A DNA stretch of 64,000 nucleotides from Malacoraja senta (lineage: Eukaryota). Where the stretch lies: positions 11,904,001 to 11,968,000 of the forward strand of contig CM075984.1 of assembly GCA_038087875.1 (NCBI GenBank). Reading direction: 5' to 3'. The notes under the pieces are model-generated. The model saw only the letters and a list, made by a program, of their open reading frames with translations. It ran no database searches and was not told the origin of the DNA. Shown piece after piece: positions 53,471-64,000 of the stretch (the stretch's first letter is position 1; the number at the start of each line of letters is the position of its first letter). The position numbers and the translations under genes are program-made.

Positions 53471-56400
53471 CCAAAACGGCCTATTTTGGATTTGATCATG
53501 TTTGCAGCCGACAACCCAGACCAGCAGAACGCAGTTTCGATCAAACTGCCTACTTTCTGGACATCACAGCCCCACGTGTGGTTTGAACAGGCTGAAGTCC
53601 AGTTCTACATTCGCCAGACCACTGCCGATGCCACCAAATACTGCTACGTGGTCAGTGCGCTGGACCAGGACGCCGCCGGGCTCCTAATCGATTACCTTCA
53701 CCAGCCACCAGCTGACGGCAAGTACGAGGGCCTCAAAACGCTCCTCTTGCACACTTTCGGTCTCAGCCGTCGTGGCAGGGCAGCCAAACTCCTTCACATG
53801 AATGCCCTAGGCGACCGCAAGCCATCCGTGCTTATGGATTAAATGCTTGTCCTGGTGGAACGACACAAGACTTGCCTCCTGTTCGATCAAGTGTTCCACG
53901 AAGAGATGCCTGATGACATTCACCTGCTCCTCGCGGACGAAGCTGGCTGCCTGTGTGGAGCAGGGTGGCGTCACCATCAGCCGGGTGGTGGCGGTGCCTC
54001 GGCGGGTGAAGTGGCCGGTCCCAGCATCCACCAAAGGCACAGCAGTGAAGCCGGCCACGAGCGATGCCAGCAAAGATACCTGGAGCTACTACGACCAAAG
54101 GTGGGGCTCCGAGGCCAGCCAATGCCGACCACTCTGCACGCATCCAGGGAAACACCTCGGCCGGCCGCCAGTGGTGGCTATCGCCTCCTCTGCACCTAGG
54201 ACCGTCATTCGGGACGGTGTTTACTTGTGGACACGGGAGCAGAGGTCAGTGTTTTGCCCCGCATCGGGGGCCGGCACTCGTTCCGAAAAGAGGGGACCAT
54301 CTCTGGTCGCCGCCAACGGCAGCAACATCAAGACGTACGGGGTCCGCACAATCCGCTCACCAACTCCTGTCACTTCAAGTGGCCCTTTACTATCGCCGAC
54401 GTCTCCCAACCGCTGCTGGGCACTGATTTTCTCCGGGCCCACTCCCTGCTGGTCGACGTGAAGGGACAACGTCTCGTCAATTCTGAGACATTCGAGTCGA
54501 TCGCTTTGTGCCACGCCAAATTGACTGCGCCACATCTCGGCTCGGTGACCTTCTCCGACAACGTGTACGCCCGGATCTTGGCCGATATCCCCGTCCACAA
54601 CGGCCAGCCCCAAGCATGGGTAAATCACCATATCCCCACCACCGGACCGCCACTCCATGCACGCGCACGTAGGCTGCCACCCAACAAGCTCCAACTGGCC
54701 AAGGACGGGTTCTGCAGGATGGAGGAAATGGGCATTGCGCTCAGTCAGCCCATGGGCATCTCTGCTTCACATGGTCCCCAAAGTGTCTGGGGGCTGGAGA
54801 ACCCTGTGGGGACTACCGCCGTCTCAACGACGTCAGAACGGCTGACCGGTGCCGTGTCCCTCACATCCAGGACTTCACGGCCCATCTGGACGCCGCCAAC
54901 ATTTTTCCCAAAATCGATCTGGTACGTGGCTACCATCAAATTCTAGTCCACCAGGATGACATCCCCAAGACGGCTATATCACCCCCTTCGGGCTCTTCGA
55001 GTTTCTGCGGATGCCTTTCGGCCTCAAGAACGCCGCTCAGGACACGGTTAGCTGGATTTTCTGTTCATTTACCTTGACGACATCCTCGTAGCCAGCTGCT
55101 CTCGCCAGGAGCACCGCGCACACCTCCGGCTGCTCTGCTAGAGGCTCAACAAGCATGACCTGGCCATAAACCTTGCTAAGTGTCAGTTTGGCCTCCCTTC
55201 CATCAGTTTCCTTGGCCACCACATCGATCAGCACGGTGCGGTCCTGCTCCCGTGAAAGGTTGAGGTCATTTGCCAGTTTCCCAAACCTTCTACGGTGAAT
55301 GGACTCCAAACGTTTGTCGGCATGGTAAATTTCAATCACCGTTTCGCCGCCAGGATCATGCAACCTCTGTTAAAGGCCATGACCAGCAAACAGGGAGAGC
55401 TCCTTTGGGACGACGTGGCCATGACTGCTTTCAACAAAAGGCGCTGGCAAATGCGACTATGCTGGTCCATCCACGGGCAAACACGCCACAGCTCTCATGG
55501 TGGACACATCTGGCACAACCATGGGCGGAGTGCTGGAGCAACTGTTCGATGGAAGCTGGCAGCCACTCGCCTTTTTCAGTCGTCACCGAAGCAGTTTCGA
55601 CAGGGAGCTCCTCACCGCTCTACCTGGCCATCCGGCATTTCCGCTACTTCCTCGAGGGCAGGTGTTTGACAACTTTCATTAATCACAAGTCACTCACGTT
55701 TGCCTTTGCCAAAGTGTCTGATCCTTGTTCAGCCCGACTGCATCGACACTTGGCCTACATCTCTGAGTACATGATTTGCGTTCAGCACATCGCGGGCAAG
55801 AACAACGGGGTCGCAGATGCGTTATCCCGCACCACCATCAATGCCATCCACGCTTTGGCCCCAGGTGTCGACCACACGGCCCTGGCGGCTGCACAGCGTG
55901 AGGATGAGGAGATACTCGCTTACCGCACCACCATCTCAGGCCTGTTGTTGGAGGATGTGCGATTCGGGCCCGCTGACACCACGCTCCTTTGTGACGTGTC
56001 TACCGGACAGCCAAGACCCATCATCCCCGCAGCTTGGCGCCACCGGATATTCGACACGGTTCATGGTTTGGCTCACCCTTCTAACAATAGCTCTGGTGGC
56101 AGCCAAGTTCATGTGGCACGGGTTGCTCAGGCAAGTCGGCAACTGGGTCACGGGCCCCGACTAGATGGACGAATTGCCATGGGTCCTGCTGGGCATACGC
56201 ACTGCCCCGAAGGAGGACCTGGCAATTTCTTCGGCCGCCCTGGTGTGCAGTGCCCCGCATACGGTCCCAGGGGATTTCACCCCGGTGGCACGTGGAAATC
56301 CGGAACCGCCCATGACCATGCTGATGCGCCTCCGGGAGAAGGTGGGCACGCTCTCTCCCGTCCCGAAGTCCCGCGAAGGGCTCACCCCCACGTACGCCCC

Positions 56401-56743
56401 ACCCGCCCTCAAAGACTGCCAGTATTGTTTTCCTTCACCACAATTCTCACCGTACGCCACTGGAAAGACGTTACGAGGGACCTTTCCAGGTGCTGCAACA
56501 CCGCACCTCGACTTTCATCATCAACATGGGCGGTAGACACAAGACCATTTCCGTGGATCATCTTAAGCCGGCGCATTTGGACATTGATCAGCCAGTGTAT
56601 AAAGGGCATCCACCGTTACGACCGCACCCGTCCTCAACTCTGCCGGTTGTGAACCCGAGCACAGGAGGCGTGTACACGAGCTCAGGCCGCCTCACTTGTA
56701 AACCTTCTCGCCTCCATTAGTCCAGTTCTGATGGGGGGGGTCA

Positions 56744-57024
56744 TGTGTTACCATCTTGTGGTCAAGCCACTGGTCTCTCGAACCTTCGACAGTCGGGCTC
56801 GAACTCTCACGTGGACCGGGCGTGATCTGTGCCGACCAATCACGTGGTCACGGGGGGCGGGCCGTTAGGCGGTTGGAATTGGAAGGATTGGCAGTTGGAG
56901 TTGGAGTGGAACTCGGGTGTGTTAACGAGCGACGGCACTAGTAGTAGGAGTAAAATATTAACTTGACGGGGCTGTATCGATTAATTATTAAACTGAGTAT
57001 TTACACAACGTGCGCACCTCGACA
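56744..57024 (+). repeat. 3' LTR of the Gypsy element
   Basis: Follows the polypurine tract; TGTGTTACCATCTT...CTCGACA. Confidence 0.9.
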
Positions 57025-58209
57025 TTATTCTTAAACTGTGACCCCTGGCTCTGGGCTCCCCCAACATCAGAAACATTTTTCCTGCATCTAGTCTGTCCAA
57101 TACCTTAAGAATAGTTCAGTACAAGGCACATGGAAGTGCAGGGAATAGAGGGATATGGATCATGTATAGGCAGATGAGATCAGTTTAACTTGGCATCATG
57201 TTCGGCACAAACATAGTGGGCCGAGGGACCCTTCCCTGTGCTGTGCTGTTCTATGTTCTATCGATATCATTTGACTTGAGGCAAGTCTGCAATATGGAGC
57301 AATGGTAGCAAAGGCATTAAAATGGGTGAGGTGGGCAGGAGTTCTAGGACCCAGGAATCTACAAAAAAAACACAGGCCGATATGAGGACTGGTCTTGTAA
57401 ATGGGATTTTATACACAAGTGATAATAAGCTTACACTTCCTAATGAAGGTGATGCTGGAGGTTTCGAAACTTAGAGATGAGCAACTTTGCATGAGCTTCA
57501 TATAATTTAACATAGAGATGCCGTTATTAGGATCGCTGGTATAAATAGAAACTTTAGAAACATTGAAACATAGAAAAATAGGGGCAGGAGTCGGCTATTT
57601 GAGTCAGCACTGCCATTCAATATGATCATGGCTGATCATCTGAAATCAGTATCCCGTCCCTGCTTTTTCCCCACATCCCTTGAATACACGCCTGCTAATG
57701 CCTGCACGGACGGTATAAGAGAAAAGACTGGAGAGTAAGTTACATGTGCACATGTTTGCAGAGGCATGTATGTGCATGGAGATTAGAGGAATAGGCCATT
57801 GGAAATGGTGCAGTGTTTCCCCTTTGAAGGAAATTACCCGAAATTCAGGAAATTCTGGTTGACTTCGGGTAATTTTAGGGAAATTTAATAATTTCGGGAG
57901 ATTTCCGCATCTGGCCCGCAAAGGGGTGTAAAAAGGTAATACACACATCACTGCCGGTTTGGTGCTCAAAGGTTTAAACAGAGCGCTGTCAGATTAACGC
58001 AAGGGAATTTAAACAAAGAGCTGTCGTAAAATTCTCGTAAAACAATGAGTCTTTGGAATTCTCTTTCTCAGTGGAAGTTGAGGCTTTGATTATTTTTCAG
58101 GCAGTGGTAGAATTCTGGATAAGCCTTTGGTGAAAGGTTACCAGTGGGCAGTGGGATTGCAGTTACATTGGGATTGGTCTTGATTTTACAGAACGGTGGG
58201 TGGACTCAA

Positions 58210-58610
58210 GGGGGAGAGAGGGAGNNNNNNNNNNNNNNNNNNNNNNNNNNNNNNNNNNNNNNNNNNNNNNNNNNNNNNNNNNNNNNNNNNNNNNNNNNNN
58301 NNNNNNNNNNNNNNNNNNNNNNNNNNNNNNNNNNNNNNNNNNNNNNNNNNNNNNNNNNNNNNNNNNNNNNNNNNNNNAATAAAAGAGGGAGGGAGAGAAA
58401 AAGGGAAGGGGAGAGAGAGGGAGGGAGAGAGGGAGAGAAAGAGAGAGGGGGAGGGAGAGGGAGGGAGAGAGGGAGGGAGAGGGAGGAAAGGAGGAAGAGA
58501 GAGAGGGAGGGAGAGATGGAGTGAGGGAGGGAGAGACGAAGAGAGGGAGGGAAAAGGGAGCGAAGGAGGTAGAGAGGGAGGTCGGGAGAGAGAGCAGAGA
58601 CTGAGAGCAT
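58210..58610 (+). repeat. Polypurine (GA-rich) tract containing an assembly gap (N at 58225-58377)
   Basis: Directly visible; 153 Ns. Confidence 0.95.
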
Positions 58611-59087
58611 GAGATGACACATGAGAGCAGTTTGAAAAAACGAAGACAACGAAAGCTGTTGGAGGCAACAAAAGCTGCCTTGCATAATACTGTACAAGTG
58701 AATAACATAAGCAGGCAGATACGGTGTAGTTACATAGATCTATTTTGCCTTGTTCTTTGTGTTAATGTGTGCCCACGAAAAAAGAAAAAGATATAGCAAG
58801 CAGGAAGCATTTAAAAAAATTTCAGGAAATACCATCAAATTCCAGGTAATTTGGGATTCTATTTCAGGAAATTTTTGTTGAGGTGTGGAAGCTCTGAAAT
58901 GGTGGTCTCTTTAGAAATTCTAGTGTGAGAATTTCCAAGGAAAAAAGTGTCAATGACTGTTTCACCTGTTTATATTTGTCCTTTGGTGGGGGTTTAATGG
59001 CAACTGGTGGAGTGTGGGGTAGGAAGCGATAATTATAATGGGAGATAGTGTCCCTGCTGAATTTCAGAACCTTTATCTGAACTTGAT

Positions 59088-59350
59088 TCATAGAAACATA
59101 GAAACATAGAAAATAGGTGCAGGAGTAGGCCATTCGGCCCTTCGAGCCTGCACCGCCATTCAATATGATCATGGCTGATCATCCAACTCAGTATCCTGTA
59201 CCTGCCTTCTCTCCATACCCCCTGATCCCTTTAGCCCCAAGGGCCACATCTAACTCCCTCTTAAATATAGCCAATGAAGTGGCCTCAACTACCTTCTGTG
59301 GCAGAGAGTTCCAGAGATTCACCACTCTCTGTGTGAAAAATGTTTTTCTC
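59088..59350 (-). mobile_element. CR1-type LINE 3' fragment
   Basis: FFTQRVVNLWNSLPQKVVEA on the minus strand; (CATAGAAA)n tail. Confidence 0.9.
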
Positions 59351-59761
59351 TGTGAAAAATGTTCAATTGGTAGTCCCATCGAGATCAGACTGTGTGTGTG
59401 CTGTACAATAATTAATTGTCCATGTCTGAATTGGCCACACAGGTGCAGTGAGACAACAAAGCTGGCATGTTACACATATATGATCCAAGATACAGAAAGA
59501 CTTTTTGAAGTCCTATATAAGGACTTCTTTATATTCCAATAAGAAAGTCCTATATTGTGTGGATGTTCTATAAAGTGTAGATATTAGTATACATCAAGAG
59601 TGAAATATGGATACACTAACATATAATACAAAATAAAATGAATGAAATAAAGTATATACAAACAAAAGTAATAGAGTGCTGGAGTAGTCCAGCAGATCAG
59701 ACAGCATCTCTTGAGAAAACGGATAGGTGACATTTCAGGTTGGGACCCTTCTTCAGACTTT

Positions 59762-60065
59762 GGGTGGCAGAGTGGTGCTGCGGTAGAGTTGCTGCCTCAC
59801 AGCACTAGAAACCTGGGTTCGATCCTGTCTGTGGGTACTGTTTGTACGGAGGTTGTACGTTCTCCAGGTAACTGCATGGGTTTTCTCCGGGTGCTCCGGT
59901 TTCCTCCCACACTTCAAAGACGTGCAGGTTTGTAGGTTATTTGGCTTCTGTTCATTGGCCCTAGTGTGTAGCACTGAATTAGTATATGGGTGATCGCTGG
60001 CTGGCGTGGTCTCGGTGGGCACGCGATCAGCATGCGGTTTCCACGCTGTATCTCTAAACTAAACC
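59762..60065 (+). mobile_element. SINE (same family)
   Basis: Full-length copy next to a PLE-terminal fragment at 59675-59758. Confidence 0.88.
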
Positions 60066-61330
60066 AAATTACACTGATACACACAGAAAATGTACACATC
60101 CAAAGTATGTGCACCAACACTCAGACCTATTCACGCTGAGATTAATTTTAACTATCATTTTAACTTTATATGCCTGGCTGGTAACCCTTTGGATTATTTT
60201 ATACTACATATCATATGATAACCTATAATACAGCAACAAGTCAGGAGGAATGCAAAACCAGTAATGCACCAAACTCTACTGACTTCTAGGTTAAAACTGA
60301 CTTCAATGTTCTTTTGCCCTCTTTAAATATTCTAACCCCAAAACACAGGGAACTGAAATATCTGGTTTGAAAGGGAATTGCCTTTTAATATCTAAACCCA
60401 AAGGTCAAACTTAAAATCGGCAGTTAATATACTGAAAAGAACAAGTGTTTGTACAGACTTCAAAGGTGCGCATGCTATTATACCTACACTTTTCCTATAT
60501 TGTTGAATTGTAAATGAATATTTACATATGTCTTAAGGATGTTCATCCTTTAATAGTCGCACTTAGTGCAAGAATAATGCTCCTTCACAGCAGGGTCTTC
60601 AGATTTCATTTTCAGTTTGCCTTATGTTGAATACAACTCAAATGAGGCACATTACCCCAAGCTAGGTTTTTCACCAGAAATCTAATCTCGATGCTTAACT
60701 GGGCCTTTGGCTTTATGCCTAGATTCCAATAATAGAAATCATGTGCAGCTCACTTACTCAGTATGATATAGCTGTGAATGATTATTGAGTGTATTACATG
60801 TTTAAATTGGCCTTTGCATAAATTTTGTTTATAAAGATGTATCCCGACAGAGTAGAAAACTTCCTACGTGCACTTTTTTGCTGATTAAACATGGGTGAAT
60901 ATCATTAACTGAAATTACAGAAGCAATTGGTTAAATCTGGTTTTACTGCCCTGTTAGTAATGGTGCACATTTTTTAACCAGCATAGGGTGTAGATAACCT
61001 GAACACGAGGACAGCGATCACAGACCTTCATGAGCTATAAAACACGTATACTGTTTGCGATCTGCTTGCATTGGAAATTTACCAGGTTTTCAGGATTACT
61101 CCCAGCCTTCTAAACTCAAGACTACTTCCATCGGTGAATCAATTGTCTACTCAGCCTCAAGAGTTCCAGGTTCAACCACCCAACTAGTTGCAAAAAACGT
61201 TGATGCTGTTGGATTTTTCTGTCAGCTGCTCTACCTGAACAACAGTGACACAAAACAGTGCAAAGAAACAGCTAGCTAGAGTTTGAATAGCCTAAAATGT
61301 GCTCCTCAATGTAGCCACCAGGGAGATTAT

Positions 61331-61945
61331 AGTTTAGTTTAGCTTTTAGTTTAGAGAAGCTATCCTAAGAAATCATATGTATAAATTAATCTGCAGGATA
61401 AATGACTCTAAAAATGTAATTATTGTGGAGACACTGGTATCGTTGTCTCGTTGTAGGACATTGATCATTCTTTTTATTCTGGATTTTAATTTATGTATTG
61501 TGGTTTTTTTTTAATATATAATTTATGATGCTTTTATAAGTAATATACTAAGATTTTATATGTACTTTATGATGTTTTTTAATATGCAATGCTTTTTTAT
61601 GTAATGTCCCTTGTCTGGACCTTGAGTCTGAAATAAAGTTTCTTATTATACAGCGCGGAAACTGGCCCTTTGTCCCACCGAATCAGCGCCATCGCTATCC
61701 CCGCACATTAACACTATCCTACACACACTAGGGACAATTTTTATATTATACTAATTATACCGATTATACCAAGCTAATTTGCTTCAACCCTACATCTTTG
61801 GAGTGTGGGAGGAAACTGGAGCACCCAGAGAAAACCCATGTGGTCACAGGGAGAATGTACAATCTCTGTACAGACAAGCATCTGTAGTTAGGATTGAACC
61901 TGGGTCTCTGGCGCTGTAAGGCAGTAACTCAACCACTGCCACCCT
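61331..61945 (-). mobile_element. SINE on the minus strand, tail split by a ~290-bp AT-rich insert (61358-61647)
   Basis: (AGTTT)n-AGAGA at 61331-61357 joins TACAGCGCGGAAAC at ~61649. Confidence 0.8.
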
Positions 61946-63317
61946 GGTGTTAATGGTGTTGTATTTGGTATTAATAAAATACGAACATTTTGAGAACTGT
62001 GAAAAGGTTGTGCTCAGATTTTGCAATGAAATGTTTTGCTTGGATTCAGGAGTCCTTACAATGGGAGTGTATGGGATGTGGTTTGCTTCACTGGAATTTT
62101 ATGCTTGGATACAATTATCCTTGGATCAGGTCTAGGTTTATCTTACGTCGGCTAGATCCTAAAAACAGGATAGCGCTGTTAGGCAATGTGAGGAGAAGTT
62201 CCCAACATTGTTCCTCTGAATAATCAGTGTTTATAATTACCATATCATGAGATGGGGGAAAGGGCTGTGGGATTATCATGCATTCATTATTATTTGATGA
62301 ATTGCATATTGTTCGGTTGTGACATCTTTAATCGGAGTGCATTTCCTAGGTGGAGAGACAATGTAACAATTGTCATAAAACTGTCACCAAGCCAAACAAT
62401 TGCTTCCCAAAGGAAGGAGACTGAAATGTGAAAGGTCTGATTCAGACCAGGTGGCAATGGAGACACCAAGACTAAAGGAGGCATTACGAAATCTATAGAA
62501 ATGTTGTTTCTTTTTTTTTTAAATGACGAGTTATGCGAGTCTCCATTGAAACCAGCAGTATGTCACATTACAATAGCAAATTAATGCAAGTGGTCAGTGT
62601 GGTCACCGGTAAGTGGGACATTTCAATGATTACAGTCTCCAGCCAGCAGAACAATGCAGCATCCAGTCAATAGAATTATTCAATGACGGCAAGTTCCGGG
62701 AAACGAAACAATTAGTGACAGGGAGGTTACCCCTTCCAGCCAGCATCTCAGAGTGGGATGTAGAATGGGTCCCGATTATGCCACTGGCTCCAATACTCAG
62801 TTAGGAGGACCCTGTGATGAGTAACCTTGCTGCCTGTTACTGGAACAAACCACCAGCCAGTCCTGATGAGAAACGTCACCCATCCATTGCCTCCACAGAT
62901 GCTGCCTGACCCGCTGAGTTCTCCAGCGCTTTGTTTTGCTCAAGCCATCAATCGGATTGGGAATGCTTTAGCTGAACCACCTTTCATCCCCCCTCCCCAC
63001 CCCCCCACTCCATCTTTGTGTTCTTCCAAGTTTGGACGGGGTGGAGGTTCTAAAAAAAAGTTAACCTCTGGTGTTGGAGAAAGGATTAAATGACCATTTT
63101 ATTCTGCTGAAGTTGTGAAATGGATAATATGGTATCAGCAAACTCCAATGCATTTCCTCTGGGATACCTCTCCATTGACTTCAAACTTACTAACCAGGAA
63201 CACAATATGCTGTCACAATCAGAATTAAATCAACATGGCAACCACAGTATTTCAGCAAGCGACACTGAGAGACATTTCAGTGCAATAAACTATACTAAAA
63301 TTGACCATTAAACTTCG

Positions 63318-63413
63318 TCTGAAGAAGGGTCTCGACCCAAAACATCACCCATTCCTTCTCTCCAGAGAGGCTGCCTGTCCCCATTTAATGAGTTAATCCA
63401 GCATTTTGTGTCC
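63318..63413 (+). mobile_element. Single-arm PLE-terminal element
   Basis: Starts at CTGAAGAAGGGTCTCGACCC and continues with the family 3' sequence. Confidence 0.75.
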
Positions 63414-64000
63414 ACTTTAATTAAACGAAAGCTGTGCTTATAGATTTATAGGCAGCGAGATATCAATTAGTACAATCAGTGATCAACTGAATGTTGGATT
63501 CAAATCTTGTTACCGTTCTATCTCTATAAATGCTGACTGACCGGCAGAGGATTTGTTTCCTATTTCACGTTCCCATAGCTGTTACTCAGTGGCAAACAGC
63601 TCAGCAAAATAACAGAGAAAAGCCAAACAACAAAAAATTGATCTGAATTGAATTTAATTAAAAAGAATGCGATCGTGGAATGCAAACAGAAAATATCAAG
63701 TGATTTACATGAAAAAAAGACAGGATTTACCACTTTGTTTGCATTGAATGATGGTTGCTAGGCTTCCAGTCAGAACTAAAACTTGTCTTTGATTCTATTT
63801 TTCTTTAAAACTGGAGGTGTGAAAGGTAGGTAAGGAGACCAGTGTTTATTCTGGAGTACAAAAGGGTCCTATTCTGCCTTTGTCCTACATTCATAATAAA
63901 GCTTTCTCTGCTGTATCAGGGAGAGATTGCTCCTTTTCAAAAGCAAGACATAGGTGACTAAGATCAGATTGAAAGCTAACATCCAATCTGAGACTCACAC

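Larger units (their letters stand above)
53166..57024 (+). mobile_element. Ty3/Gypsy LTR retrotransposon, decayed
   Basis: TG...CA LTRs at 53166-53453 and 56744-57024; PBS; G-rich PPT at 56733-56740; gag KLPTFWTSQPHVWFEQAE; protease DTG at 54230; RT YLDD at 55070-55081; RNase H (GKNNGVADALSR); integrase remnants; order PR-RT-RH-IN; many frameshifts and stops. Confidence 0.95.
52878..57110 (-). mobile_element. CR1 3' fragment hosting the Gypsy element (52878-53165 plus 57025-57110)
   Basis: (CATAGAAA)n tail; CCTAAATGGCCTACC | TTATTCTTAAACTGTGACCCCTGG continues across the insertion. Confidence 0.8.

Noticed and set aside
55270-56652. 460-aa ORF as an intact or domesticated gene
   Set aside because: Only the middle is in the pol frame; it is a frameshifted Gypsy remnant lacking the integrase core.
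58144-58708. ORFs spanning the N run
   Set aside because: Artefacts of the gap and the GA-rich tract.
43790-64000. Upstream PR-domain exon (human ILDEFYNVKFCIDAS...ACQINDQ)
   Set aside because: Not found by eye. The candidate GATCAG|gtagat near 44990 does not translate to a match. It probably lies beyond the window; tblastn would settle it.

Overview
Vertebrate genomic DNA, very likely from a cartilaginous fish (skate/ray), judged from its HE1/V-type tRNA-derived SINEs with (AAACT)n tails, CR1 LINE tails and Penelope-like elements (PLEs). The window lies inside the MECOM (MDS1-EVI1/PRDM3) gene on the minus strand. Nine GT-AG coding exons join into one open frame between 43789 and 2398: the end of the PR domain with the EVI1 start Met, zinc fingers 1-7, the CtBP-binding region, a 27-nt microexon and zinc finger 8. 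The gene continues past both window ends. The introns carry about 18 SINEs, CR1 fragments, two decayed PLEs plus many short or palindromic PLE-terminal derivatives with a minimal hammerhead-ribozyme motif, a decayed Gypsy LTR element, a Harbinger-type MITE, a Helitron-like element with a 48-bp array, a decayed 35-bp minisatellite and a 153-N gap. Main oddities: a compensated double frameshift in zinc finger 5, a missing Delta324 splice acceptor, hammerhead-centred palindromic retro-insertions with target-site duplications, and a 66-bp inverted local copy inserted into one hammerhead core. Comparisons with human EVI1 and repeat consensus sequences are from memory, not database searches. Repeat coordinates are approximate.
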